In this document: positions 8,544 through 18,679 of the stretch, piece after piece
Layout: each line of letters opens with the position of its first letter
How positions within the stretch are numbered: position 1 is the first letter of the stretch
From: Nitrososphaeria archaeon
GTDB taxonomy: Archaea; Thermoproteota; Nitrososphaeria; JACIWG01
Assembly: GCA_050011875.1 (NCBI GenBank)
Contig: JBEKIG010000010.1
Span: 1-64,000, forward strand
Length of the DNA stretch: 64,000 bases
Reading direction: 5' to 3'
Program-made: the position numbers and the translations under genes
Notes under the pieces: generated by a model
The model's input: the letters and a program-made list of their open reading frames with translations, nothing else
What the model was told of the DNA's origin: nothing
Databases searched by the model: none

Positions 8544-11500
8544 TCAATTTTCTATTTCGCTTTCTTCTTCAATTTCTCCTCTTTGCAGAATATTTAAGGT
8601 ATCCTTTATTTCTTTTAATTCTTCACTTGATATTTCAAAGAGTTTTGTCACATCCTCGTCAATTCTATCTTCAATTATCTCTAATTCTTCTTTGGCTTTT
8701 TCATCATTTTCATCATATAACCTTTTAGCATATTCATGAGCCTTCTTTGAAAGAAGTACAAGATTTGAATGCAGCGTGTTATTAGGATCGAATTTACTTA
8801 TCTTAATATGCTTTACAACATGAGTATCCATTCCTGTTTCTATTGTATAGCCAGCAACGATAAGCCGAGTTAATGATGAATTGAGAATCGAAGCAATATA
8901 ATGTGCTTCATCTTCGTCCTTTAATGGAATTAACATTAATTTGTGGTCAGGAATAACAACTTTGTATCCTTGCATTTCATCTTTGATTGGTGATACTACA
9001 GCAACAGAAAATTGACCTTTACCAGAAATTTTTCCTGATATTTCCTTCCACATCACCTTATATGGCATAAGGGATGGTTCAACATTGAATAGCCAATAAA
9101 ATGGTGGAGAATTTTTTTCGGCTTCAACTATAGTCTCCTTTCTATATTTTTCCAATTTAGATGTATACGGCTCACCACCTCTATTTATAAGATCACTTGA
9201 AAAGTTCAGAAAGTATTGATAAGTTCTGGGAAAGTTACTCTTTAATTTTGAGTGCGATATAGTGTTACCTTCATTGTCAGTAGGTATAATGATGTTACTT
9301 AATGATTTAGTATACCATTTTTTGTGATCTTGTCCCCTTAAAAGAGGATATATTAAATCTGGTTCTATGATAATTTTTATACGCCTAACTTTCTTCTTTC
9401 CAATATCTTGTAAATTTTCTATCATTAAGCCATTAGGTTGTTTAGAAATTACTTTAATAAAATATACGCCATTCAATGCAGTAACGACTCCCGCATGAGC
9501 TTCGTATGCAGATTCACCAGCAACTCTTTGAATAACTTCATATGTTCTCTGACCGGTTATCATCCAAGAGGTTTCTGCTTTTCCTTTTTCTATAGGAGCT
9601 ACAATCATGTCAAATCTTTTTGTTATCCGTTTTACTTCGTCTATTTCAACTTCTTGCTCAATTCCTTTGGATCTGGGATTACTCCACATGGTACATGGAA
9701 TGGGAAATTCAGTCTTACCACTTTTCTCGATTATGATCAGGGATGTCCTGTTAATTGCACCTTCAAATGGATAAAGTGTGACTAAGTCATGGATTTTTAA
9801 AACGCTGCACGGGATTTTTCTTTCTTTTTCGTCAATACCATTTGCTAAAAATCTTCTGAACCCAGCCCCAGCTTGAGTTTTATACAATGTAAAAGGTATA
9901 AGAAAAGCGAACTTACCATGATCTTTAACGTATCTGTCTATACATCTTGCGGTAAAGAGCATTGACATATCTCTCTTGGTTTTGCCTAATCCCATTCCTT
10001 TCGTTTTTGCCAATAAACCATAACTGTCCCATAGTCTTTTAGTATCTTCTCTATATTTTTCTGGCAAGCTTTCCCAGTTTATCCAAGGAGGATTTCCAAC
10101 AACGTAATCAAATTTCTCTATTAAAAGGGGGGCGAAGGAGTTCTTCAACAATCTCGTCCAAATCTTGTTTTTCCCTTCTTTCTCTAACTTCCTCATAAAC
10201 ATGTAAAGTCTTATCAGAGAGTCTATCGTTTCCCCTTTGAGATTCTTTAAGGAGTTTTCCAAAAGTCCGCTAAATTGATCTTTAGTGTAGTCACCTTTGA
10301 AACCTGTCTCAATAAACGCTAACACGGTCGGGAGCAACTTTTTGTCAAGAACTTCAGAGGGGAACCAAAACTCGCCTACAGCAGTCCTTAGATATACCTC
10401 CCATTCACCAGAGAATGTAGGCTTCCTACTAACTAATATTGAGTCAGCCAAATATACTGGAACATCAATATTCTGTCCAAACAAAAGCCTGTTCAATTCA
10501 CCTAAAGCTAAGACATAGTTCGCTCTGGCAGCTAACACAGCTAAAGGATTAAGATCTATACCAATCACATTATGCGTAATTTTGTTAAGTAATTCTCTTT
10601 TATCAGAATAGAACTCTTTTTCAGCCCAGTCTTTGATTCTGTTTATTGCTAATACTAAGAAGGTTCCTGAACCACATGCAGGATCCAAAATCCTTCTTTC
10701 TGGATTTCCATCATAACCGACTTCATTCAATAACAGTTCTCCTAACCAATCAGGTGTAAAGTATTCACCTAAGTCATGCCTAACTTTTTTTGGTAGGAGA
10801 TTTTGATATAATTGTTTGAAAAGATCTTTAACCTTTTCTGGATAAAGTTCGGAAGTCCCTGGATCGTACTCCTTTAGTTTCTCTATGATGAGGATAAATG
10901 CGTCCGCAATTTCTTTACTCCATTCATCTAAATACCATGAGAAATAATCCGCTTCAAATAGGTTTCTTATGCCAAGTTGGGCTATTATTCCCCCTTCTTC
11001 AAGATCCTCTAACTCTTTCTTCATTTCATCTAAATTTGTTTGATATGCCATCTCTATCCTGTCAAGGAAAGAGCCGAACATAGGGTTAAAGTAAGAAATC
11101 ACTTCAGATGTGATCAACTTCATGATAAAAGTATAATATGTATGGGTAGCGAACATCAGTTTCTCAGGATCCATTACCTTAACGTCTTTCAGACCATAGT
11201 ATTCCAAAAGGGCTGATAGTTTTTCCGGGGAGTAAGCGCAAACTTGAGAGAAAACCCTTCTCCAATCTTCAAAAAGCACGCTCGTCCTTGTAGATTTGCA
11301 GTTTGCGAGGCTGGAATATATTTGAGTTACAACCTTCCTGCTCAGCTCCCCCGGCCCAAAGTCCATAACCAAAGCTTCAGGTTCGATCACTCGAAGCTTA
11401 AGCCCTCTTATCGCCTTCAAAAGGACGTTAAGAGTTTCACTATTCACAGTAAGAGGCTTTTCTTGTTCTTCCCACTTGTTTTTTCTGAATCTTATAGTGG

Positions 11501-11867
11501 CAAAATTGTAACCGTCTATTATGACACCAAACCATCTACCGAGAAGTTTAGGATCAACAGTTTCTTCCCTGATATATTTCTTCACCTGCTCCTTTGTTCT
11601 CTCAAATTCGTTTTGGTCATCAAGTTTCCTTGGTGCCTTAAATTCTATTATCACCTGCCCATATAGTGCATCTTTTCTCGCTCCAGAGATTATCGTGCGC
11701 TGTTCATATTTTGCTGGAGGGATATTCCATTTTTTTATTATTGGATCGAGCAACTTAACAATTTCGATCTTTAGTTCTTCTTCGTTTTCTGCTACCGAAG
11801 CAGCTCTATTTATATCATTAGCCAATTCCTGTGTGTCAACAGTTTCTATGTTAAGTTCAACTCCCAC
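8544..11867 (-). CDS. Type IIG restriction-modification fusion (nuclease + N6-adenine MTase + target recognition domain)
   Basis: D...IIEFK nuclease motif; GEYFTP, DPACGSGTFL and VGNPPW methyltransferase motifs; C-terminal YIASILNS TRD-like region; 1107 aa. Confidence 0.92.
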   Translation of the reverse strand: MGVELNIETVDTQELANDINRAASVAENEEELKIEIVKLLDPIIKKWNIPPAKYEQRTIISGARKDALYGQVIIEFKAPRKLDDQNEFERTKEQVKKYIREETVDPKLLGRWFGVIIDGYNFATIRFRKNKWEEQEKPLTVNSETLNVLLKAIRGLKLRVIEPEALVMDFGPGELSRKVVTQIYSSLANCKSTRTSVLFEDWRRVFSQVCAYSPEKLSALLEYYGLKDVKVMDPEKLMFATHTYYTFIMKLITSEVISYFNPMFGSFLDRIEMAYQTNLDEMKKELEDLEEGGIIAQLGIRNLFEADYFSWYLDEWSKEIADAFILIIEKLKEYDPGTSELYPEKVKDLFKQLYQNLLPKKVRHDLGEYFTPDWLGELLLNEVGYDGNPERRILDPACGSGTFLVLAINRIKDWAEKEFYSDKRELLNKITHNVIGIDLNPLAVLAARANYVLALGELNRLLFGQNIDVPVYLADSILVSRKPTFSGEWEVYLRTAVGEFWFPSEVLDKKLLPTVLAFIETGFKGDYTKDQFSGLLENSLKNLKGETIDSLIRLYMFMRKLEKEGKNKIWTRLLKNSFAPLLIEKFDYVVGNPPWINWESLPEKYREDTKRLWDSYGLLAKTKGMGLGKTKRDMSMLFTARCIDRYVKDHGKFAFLIPFTLYKTQAGAGFRRFLANGIDEKERKIPCSVLKIHDLVTLYPFEGAINRTSLIIIEKSGKTEFPIPCTMWSNPRSKGIEQEVEIDEVKRITKRFDMIVAPIEKGKAETSWMITGQRTYEVIQRVAGESAYEAHAGVVTALNGVYFIKVISKQPNGLMIENLQDIGKKKVRRIKIIIEPDLIYPLLRGQDHKKWYTKSLSNIIIPTDNEGNTISHSKLKSNFPRTYQYFLNFSSDLINRGGEPYTSKLEKYRKETIVEAEKNSPPFYWLFNVEPSLMPYKVMWKEISGKISGKGQFSVAVVSPIKDEMQGYKVVIPDHKLMLIPLKDEDEAHYIASILNSSLTRLIVAGYTIETGMDTHVVKHIKISKFDPNNTLHSNLVLLSKKAHEYAKRLYDENDEKAKEELEIIEDRIDEDVTKLFEISSEELKEIKDTLNILQRGEIEEESEIEN

Positions 11868-12174
11868 ATTAAATCAAAGAATTAATATTATTCGATATTT
11901 ATAAATTTGATATCGACATGATGTTCCTCAAGCTACTTCTAAAAGCTGGATGGAGCGTTCGACATATTTTCTACTTAATATAATTTAGATAATAAGCCTA
12001 TATAGAGTTTGCAGCCTCCCTAAAATGTAGACTCCTACCAGTTCACATCGCAGCGATAGGTCTTTACAAAATCGGTAAATACTAAAAATTTCCCCTAACA
12101 TCAGGCCGGGAACTTAATCCACCTAACATTCAACAATCTTTACCGAATTGGTTAATTTGATAGCTGAACAAAAT

Positions 12175-12417
12175 AACGTGTTGAGCCACAGCGTTTTAAG
12201 ATTTTTAATTCCGGCTCAATCAAAAAAAATCGTAAATGCTATCGATAAACATTCTGCATACTAGCTCGGACAGATCCCTCGGTACAATATTGAACCTCAA
12301 CACGCTCTCATGCAAAATGATATTAAGTTGAGCCGACAGGAAATAGTCATCGATAGCATTTTGTTTTAAAACGTGTTGAGCCGAACCAAATTTATAATTA
12401 TTTTTTCGGCTCAATCA
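12175..12417. repeat. Two copies of AACGTG-TTGAGCC-N25-GGCTCAA-TCA plus internal half-sites
   Basis: Copies at 12175-12222 and 12370-12417, both with exactly 25-bp AT-rich spacers; extra half-sites near 12297 and 12327. Confidence 0.9.
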
Positions 12418-12496
12418 GTTTTAATTTTTTATTAATCAAATTGCGCCAACAGTTGCAGGCAAGATAAACGACCTTTACTCGACGTACAAGGGCAGG

Positions 12497-12715
12497 GTGA
12501 TTGCTAAGGGAAAGCTGACAGATAAGGAGACACAGCTTCTGATTTTAGCTGCGTTAAATGAGCAAAAGTCCGCGCTTACAGCTTTAGTGGAAAGCCAGGA
12601 TAGAAGGTTTAAGGAAGTGTGCAACAACCAGGCGTTAATACAGAAAAACATAGCTGCGGCATTGGACGAAATAAAAAACCTAAGATTAGACCTGATCAGA
12701 AAAAACATGATCTAA
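12497..12715 (+). CDS. Small coiled-coil hypothetical protein
   Basis: 72 aa with heptad-like Leu/Ile pattern, located between two repeat clusters. Confidence 0.55.
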   Translation: MIAKGKLTDKETQLLILAALNEQKSALTALVESQDRRFKEVCNNQALIQKNIAAALDEIKNLRLDLIRKNMI

Positions 12716-12723
12716 ATGAGAGT

Positions 12724-12896
12724 GTTTACCAAACTGGTGCATGCTTATAAAATGAAGTAGTTTACCAAACTGGTACATGGCACCATGTCGTGGTGCCGGA
12801 TTACTTCATCATAAAAAAACATGCGTTTTTTGACTATTTTTTTTAGGTGATTTTGGCCTTGAAACGACCTAAAAAAGCATTTACCAGTTTGGGAAA
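12724..12896. repeat. Direct/inverted repeat cluster with GC hairpin
   Basis: GTTTACCAAACTGGT(G/A)CATG at 12724 and 12760; inverted ACCAGTTTGGGAAA at 12883; hairpin GGCACCA-TGTCG-TGGTGCC at 12779-12797 flanked by ATGAAGTA/TACTTCAT. Confidence 0.85.
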
Positions 12897-13010
12897 TTAT
12901 TCAAATCGTTGATAGATAAATATCACTGCTCGGTTACCGAGCTCACCGCACTGATAATAAGAAGTATATTATTTCAGCGATAAGTACGATTACGCAACCA
13001 ACTCCGAAGA

Positions 13011-13457
13011 TCAGGATGAATAATGTGATAGGAGAGTTTTAGCGACTTCTTCAGGATCCTCTCTCATCAACTTCCAGATCTTCTGTGATCCGCTGTCCAC
13101 GCTCTCCTCTTGCTTCACGATCTTCTCGATTGTGTCAACGCAGGCGTCTATCTTCTCATTATCCTGTGTTTCATAGCTCATGCAGACCGCATAGGCCCAC
13201 GTTTCGAGCTTGTCCCGGTCCGCTGCGAGAATTCTCCAGTCAGGTTCCTCGACCAGCTTTATGTCCTGCCCCGTGAAATCACTCAACTGTTCTTCAGTCT
13301 CCTTTGTCGAGATCTCCAAAGTTTTTTGATTATGAAGTTTTTCAGATCGAAGTTCCGGAATAATATACTTTATCATATCAAATCTGCAGAGAAACACAGG
13401 GCACAATAAATCAACGAAATATGAAAATATGACGATGAGAAACACATTTGAATACAT
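13011..13457 (-). CDS. Hypothetical protein or fragment (start uncertain)
   Basis: The GC-richer part 13011-13320 is protein-like; the 5' part is AT-rich and probably non-coding. Confidence 0.4.
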   Translation of the reverse strand: MYSNVFLIVIFSYFVDLLCPVFLCRFDMIKYIIPELRSEKLHNQKTLEISTKETEEQLSDFTGQDIKLVEEPDWRILAADRDKLETWAYAVCMSYETQDNEKIDACVDTIEKIVKQEESVDSGSQKIWKLMREDPEEVAKTLLSHYSS

Positions 13458-13547
13458 TATTATATATATCTGGTCTTTATCATCTACAAATAAACAGTCC
13501 TCTGAAAGAAACCCCTATAAATGCTTAGGACAGATATTTTATTCGCT

Positions 13548-14124
13548 ATGTCAGATGTTATAAGTTATATGAGCATCGCGTTGGATACTATTCTTGCAGC
13601 CGTAGCAATTTACAGCGCATACGTTGCAAGGCAGAGCACCACAAGAATGATTGAAGAAGAACGCACACCAGTCTTAGACTTAATATTAGATCTTGAGGGG
13701 AAGACAGATGATGTGTTCTTTACTAGTATGAACCCATCCGAAGATGGGTATGCTTACTGGCCTATCTATATATGTGGTTAATCTCGGCAGAGGAGTTGCG
13801 ACGGACATCATTGCAGAAAGTTCTGGTAAGTATATGGATGGGCATGAATTGGGGCCGATGGGGAAGCCATTTTAACTTCCGTATCACATCACCCACAATA
13901 GTCGTGAGTTCTCATTTGCAACCGTCAGGTGCCCCGTTTCTAAAGAGGGCTTCGAACCTGGCAACTTAAAGTTGACTTATTCCGATATCACTAGGAAAAA
14001 AAACTGGCAGTTCACTGCCAAAATCGAGCTTAGCAAGTTTGGAGCACCTGTCGTTGCAAAGGGAGAAACGAAGCCCATCAAAGATCGCCCAAATTTTTCG
14101 TCACTTATGAAAAGGAAGGATTAA
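13548..14124 (+). pseudogene. Single-TM hypothetical protein, disrupted
   Basis: Frameshift in a TATATA run near 13770 (continues YVVNLGRGVATDI), in-frame TAA near 13873, then LPYHITH...LKLTYSDI...MKRKD*. Confidence 0.65.
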
Positions 14125-14174
14125 AAAAACAAAACTACTTGCGAATTGTATGATGTGCTAGTCAATTAAGAAAA

Positions 14175-14306
14175 TTAGTATAAAAGAGGTTTAAGAAGTA
14201 TATTTTTAGGAGGGTTTCTACCTGCAACTTCAACTATGTACGCTATAACCCTGCAGTAGGCCGCATGTTCCTTCAGATTATCAAGATCGTCTACTAGCTC
14301 TACCAT
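14175..14306 (-). CDS. Small protein (43 aa) absent from the ORF track
   Basis: ATG overlaps the upstream stop (TAATG coupling): MVELVDDLDNLKEHAAYCRVIAYIVEVAGRNPPKNILLKPLLY. Confidence 0.5.
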   Translation of the reverse strand: MVELVDDLDNLKEHAAYCRVIAYIVEVAGRNPPKNILLKPLLY

Positions 14307-15259
14307 TACACTGTCACCTTTATGACTTCTGCGAGGACGTCTGAATACTTTTCAGCACACTCCTTGGGAACCCATACTAAGGGAATGCCTCGTTTCTGGA
14401 AGAATTTGAGACGGGCTTCTTCATCTCTAGACGCAGAACTTCCTTCAACATCCAAACCGATAGCATGTCCTCCTTTTTCGATGTATATTGGTATAACGTA
14501 CACATCACCGTCTTTAGATTTAAAGACCGCCGATGGTATGTACTTGATTCCAAGATATACAAGCTTAGACACTATTATATTCTCGGTTTCCGTTGGAGTT
14601 GTTTCTTCTATGGATACCCTTGCATCAGAAGGTATTCTGTACCGGACAAATTGCCCTTTGGCCTCCTTCTCCGCTCTCTTTCTCTCTCTCTCCTCCTTCT
14701 TTTTTGCCTTATCAGCTTTCTTCTTCTCTTTGTCTTTATCGAAAGCTGCTGCCTTCCTCTCTATTACTCCTTGTTTTGCTCTCTCTGATTGATTCGCATC
14801 CTTGAGCTCGTCTGGAAGTAACTGTCTTAATTTGCTTCCGCTAATAGGAAAATCCTTCTCTAACCTTTTAGTTATTTCCCCTGGTTTAAGGCCCCGCTTC
14901 ATAAGCTCATAACCTGACAGTATTACGACCGCTTTCCACCATTCTTCTGTCTTATCTTCACGTTGATTATCGCCCGCCATTAACCGGTAATAATTGTAAG
15001 GGTTTTTTACTGGAACGTCCACTACCGGCCAGTTGGGATCAGCTTCAAGCCGTGAACTACCCGCAGCTATGCCAAATTGCGTCCTAAGAACCGGGTGTAT
15101 GTGCCCAAGAAGGTCCGCAGATTTACGCAATTCATCAAGAAACTGCTGATGTTCCTCAGGACTTCTTCCTGATGGTAACTTTCCTTCTTTCAGAAGACGC
15201 TCTAGCTCCAACGCTATGTCTTCTAGCTTCGGTTTACTATTGTCCTGTTCTTCCGGCAT
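14306..15259 (-). CDS. ParB/Srx-like N-terminal domain + HTH + charged linker + Vsr/DUF559-like nuclease domain
   Basis: L..SA...GHIHPVL....IAAGSSRLEA (ParB-like); C-terminal IGLDVEGS...RDEEARLKFFQKRGIPLVWV (DUF559-like); start probably ATG 15259. Confidence 0.6.
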   Translation of the reverse strand: MPEEQDNSKPKLEDIALELERLLKEGKLPSGRSPEEHQQFLDELRKSADLLGHIHPVLRTQFGIAAGSSRLEADPNWPVVDVPVKNPYNYYRLMAGDNQREDKTEEWWKAVVILSGYELMKRGLKPGEITKRLEKDFPISGSKLRQLLPDELKDANQSERAKQGVIERKAAAFDKDKEKKKADKAKKKEERERKRAEKEAKGQFVRYRIPSDARVSIEETTPTETENIIVSKLVYLGIKYIPSAVFKSKDGDVYVIPIYIEKGGHAIGLDVEGSSASRDEEARLKFFQKRGIPLVWVPKECAEKYSDVLAEVIKVTV

Positions 15260-15830
15260 TTTCAAACAATCTCTTAACTTTTTCCTTCTCCTTCCCTTGA
15301 GGGACATCAACGTGGACGTTGGTGCCTTGTCTTCCAACATTAGATGCTGTTACTTGTACTTTAGTTTCTACTGTATCGGGAGCTGCAGCATCAAGAGGTG
15401 AAGGGGTGCTCGGCGATGCCTCATCTTTGGGTAAATTCTTTTCATGGAAAGGCATATTGTCCCATGAAGCGTGCAATCTTGCTATCTTAGCCGCTATGCT
15501 TTCTGGAGCCGCATCTACGCATTGTTCTTCATTCATCCTGTCGATCATCCAGGTTGTATGATCAAATTTGTCGATAAGGACTTCGATACGATCCCCAGTC
15601 TGCACCTGAAGCGCTCTCAGATGAACGGTCTGGGCATTTGCAGTTACTCTAGTTCCATCCTGAGACTCCAACATTATGGTGCTCCAACCCATAACAGCGG
15701 TATCCTGCTCCCCGATGAACTTCATGTTTATTAGATGATCTACACGGTCCTTTTCTATACCTAATATGCCAATCGCATAGAACATTTTTTTGTTCCTCTC
15801 ATACGTTCTAAATGAGCTTATGTATGCCAT
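15237..15830 (-). CDS. Hypothetical protein (beta-rich N-terminus, low-complexity tail)
   Basis: 197-aa ORF in a tight operon with both neighbours. Confidence 0.7.
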   Translation of the reverse strand: MAYISSFRTYERNKKMFYAIGILGIEKDRVDHLINMKFIGEQDTAVMGWSTIMLESQDGTRVTANAQTVHLRALQVQTGDRIEVLIDKFDHTTWMIDRMNEEQCVDAAPESIAAKIARLHASWDNMPFHEKNLPKDEASPSTPSPLDAAAPDTVETKVQVTASNVGRQGTNVHVDVPQGKEKEKVKRLFENAGRTGQ

Positions 15831-15836
15831 TACATT

Positions 15837-16541
15837 CTACCTCCATCTTTTGACGTCTAACTGTTCACAGCTTGATTTTCTTTGACCTTCTTTGGGATAT
15901 TTGGCTTCCAACTCGTTCAGGCCTAGATTAATGTCTTTTGGATCTCTAAAATCTACATATAAGAGACCAGTACAGTAATCATTCTTTTCAACAAAAGGTC
16001 CGTTAGGAGCAAATAGGCGTTCCATGTACGAGTACGCCGTTTGTAGGCTGCATCCCACATAGTTCCTTGCCAAGATCCTAAGATCTGTCCTACTCACCGT
16101 TGGACCGTTAAGCTTGGCCTCCTTCGCCTTAGCAAAGCAGAACCTGCGAAAGACTGGCTCATATTCCATGTTTAAAACCACCTCGGGAGAAGTTGGTTGA
16201 TATTCAGGTGAGGGTGCCAGCACCCCTATCTCTCTCTTAGGCTGGCAGGATACCTGCTGTCTGTTTTGGAACATCTTATTCCACTGCATAGTATTGCACC
16301 TTTGGTGGGCAAGCTGGAGATTTGAGGCCAGATGGTTTCCCGCGTTTCCGTCTTTGTGGTCGATTTGCAGGTTGTTCCATGCATCCTTTTCTTCCCTGCC
16401 GCAGATCATGCATCTGGATCCGTCCCTCTTGATGCAAAAGTCTTTGATCCTCCTCTTTTGAGCAGGAGTCAACCGCGTGCCTCTACCTCCCAACCATAGT
16501 CCCCCCTCTCTCTCCGAGGTGTGCAGGCACATCGTCTGCAC
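15837..16541 (-). CDS. HNH endonuclease with probable C-terminal HTH
   Basis: RDGSRCMICG...LQIDHKDGNAGNHLASNLQLAHQRCN; later GCSLQTAYSYMERL is HTH-like. Confidence 0.85.
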   Translation of the reverse strand: MQTMCLHTSEREGGLWLGGRGTRLTPAQKRRIKDFCIKRDGSRCMICGREEKDAWNNLQIDHKDGNAGNHLASNLQLAHQRCNTMQWNKMFQNRQQVSCQPKREIGVLAPSPEYQPTSPEVVLNMEYEPVFRRFCFAKAKEAKLNGPTVSRTDLRILARNYVGCSLQTAYSYMERLFAPNGPFVEKNDYCTGLLYVDFRDPKDINLGLNELEAKYPKEGQRKSSCEQLDVKRWR

Positions 16542-16572
16542 CTATAGTCCCTAGATTTTCGTCTGCGATCAT

Positions 16573-16767
16573 TTACTTCAATCCTCTTACTTCCTCGTAG
16601 AGAAGTTTAGCGAAAACTTCCACCTTAGCCCTTGCCTCAGCTCTGGGCAGATAATCCTCCTCGGACAAGATTAAAATTCGCAAAAGGCTGTTTCTTGGTA
16701 GCATCCTCTGGGCCAAATTTTTTAACTCTATAAGACTAACCTCGTCCGAAGGCCTGATCATTTCCAA
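16573..16767 (-). CDS. Small hypothetical protein, first gene of the leftward operon
   Basis: 64 aa; strong GGAGGAGG Shine-Dalgarno upstream. Confidence 0.7.
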   Translation of the reverse strand: MEMIRPSDEVSLIELKNLAQRMLPRNSLLRILILSEEDYLPRAEARAKVEVFAKLLYEEVRGLK

Positions 16768-16987
16768 GTTAGACTTCCTCCTCCTTAATTGTCCGCAACC
16801 TTACTTTTCGGTAGCAATTGGGACAGTTAGTCAAAATGGTGTGCCTTCCTCTGTATTCCCAAATCCAACCACACCTTGGACATGTTTAGTTTGATCTCAC
16901 CTTTGTTTTTTATCCTTAGGTTACTTGAATTATTCAACTAATCCACTCACAACAACAATAAATCTTACTCCAATTATCTATAGTGTT

Positions 16988-18142
16988 ATGAACACTGTTA
17001 CGAACGCTGTTCAGTTTACTGATGAAGATATTCTTAAAATAATAGGAGAAGGGAAGAGAATTGATAATAAGGTTTTTTTTCTTGAGACGCACGAAATCGT
17101 GATCCTTCTCATAAAGGACAAGTTGAGTGAAGGGGATTACAACTGCCTGTATCAGATAGGGAACTTATCTGTTCCGAAAGAAATAGATGAGAGGAGAAAT
17201 GAGAGAATAAGGCTTGAAGGAAATGTTAGGAGTAAAGTGTACAGGGGACTAAAGAGGTTAGAAAATCAAAATCTAATCTGTAAGATGGAAGCAGATGTGA
17301 TCAGAGAAAGCAAAACAGGCCAAATGCATACTAAAGCGGACGTATGGATTCTTAAAGAGCAGGAGGAACCCGCCACAATCAAATCTACAGGGGAAGGAAA
17401 GGAAACTATTGAAGTTATTAAACCCACAATCTCTCCAACACACGAACTTTATATCGCATCCGGTCTGCTTGAATTAATAGAACGCAAAAATTGTAGTGAT
17501 AACGGAAAATCTTCTTTCCGTCCGATTAGTGTTAAGATGGCTCTTGAGCATTTAAGGAACGGATACGCTGAAATCTTCAGTCTCTGGAGTAGTGTAAATG
17601 AAAGAAAGAGGGAGAAGAGTGCTCTAATTGAAGTATTTAGTGAAAGGATAGAAGATGAAATGAGAAAGGAAAAAATAGAAATTCAATACCCTGAAAATAT
17701 TCTTTTTCTTGCAAAATTCACTTATTGGGGAGTCGAAGTAAAGGATTTATGGCAAATTAAATATGGCTCTACGGAAGATGTTGCCGAATCAAAGTTTCGA
17801 TATTATATAGTTGAATATCCCTTAGGATCTGCTGATACAAAGGAAAAAGCCGAAAAGGTATTAGGACAAATCAGTGACCTGATAGAAGAAGCAATTCGCG
17901 ATGATTTTAAAAAGCAGTGTGAAAAATACCATAAATTGGATGAAGAAGGATGGGAAATATATACAAAATTCAAGGAGACTACAGGAATCTTGATCGAAAA
18001 ATTAAAACAGCATACAGAAGAACTTAAAGAAAAATGTGAGATGTGTGGATGGCAACCATTAGACAACGAGAAGAAAGAAATAGAACAATCTCTTAAACTG
18101 TACGAGTCCTGTTTCGATGATAACCCCTTTCGGGTATATTAA
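16988..18142 (+). CDS. Hypothetical protein with N-terminal wHTH-like region and C-terminal CxxC
   Basis: VRSKVYRGLKRLENQNLICK is a wHTH-like recognition helix and wing; CEMC near the end; divergent from the HNH operon; start probably ATG 16988. Confidence 0.65.
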   Translation: MNTVTNAVQFTDEDILKIIGEGKRIDNKVFFLETHEIVILLIKDKLSEGDYNCLYQIGNLSVPKEIDERRNERIRLEGNVRSKVYRGLKRLENQNLICKMEADVIRESKTGQMHTKADVWILKEQEEPATIKSTGEGKETIEVIKPTISPTHELYIASGLLELIERKNCSDNGKSSFRPISVKMALEHLRNGYAEIFSLWSSVNERKREKSALIEVFSERIEDEMRKEKIEIQYPENILFLAKFTYWGVEVKDLWQIKYGSTEDVAESKFRYYIVEYPLGSADTKEKAEKVLGQISDLIEEAIRDDFKKQCEKYHKLDEEGWEIYTKFKETTGILIEKLKQHTEELKEKCEMCGWQPLDNEKKEIEQSLKLYESCFDDNPFRVY

Positions 18143-18433
18143 GTTGAAAAAGATTTGCACAAAATAATGAAAGTACTCAACTGAATGTCTGAAAAGGAAC
18201 CAAAAAGTAAAAATGTCAACTAAGTTTGCAGATAGAGTAGACTAACTAAGAAAATATAGATCTGAAGAAATGCAAAAGCAAGGAAACACTATAAGAGGAA
18301 AATCTTTATTTCTTTTCTGATGACTGTACTAATGCGAGCACTGATTACTTGAAAAAATGCTTGGTATACACATTTTTTAAACGATGGTCTTTTTACTTTA
18401 ACAGCTAATCTTACTAAAGAATAGAGTGATGCA

Positions 18434-18679
18434 TTGAATATCTTAATCGAAAAAGGCTTAATCGACGAAATTGAGGCTGCAAGCTTAATTATGAATATAG
18501 GGTGGTCTTTTCTTCGTGATGTTTCAAAAAACATTGGCGATCAAGAATTAAACGATAGATTCCTTGTTTCGTTCTTTGGCTGCAAAATTGAAGAAGGTAA
18601 AATTCGTTTTACAGGAAAGGATGAGAAGAAAGAAATGGTTAAAAGAATTAAAGAAAAGTTAGCTAATTATGAGGTTTAA
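18434..18679 (+). CDS. Hypothetical protein, probably a fragment
   Basis: 81-aa ORF in an AT-rich degraded region. Confidence 0.35.
   Translation: MNILIEKGLIDEIEAASLIMNIGWSFLRDVSKNIGDQELNDRFLVSFFGCKIEEGKIRFTGKDEKKEMVKRIKEKLANYEV

Noticed and set aside
12791-12798. TGGTGCCG as the partner att site of 209-221
   Set aside because: Only an 8-bp match, expected by chance, and already explained as a hairpin arm.
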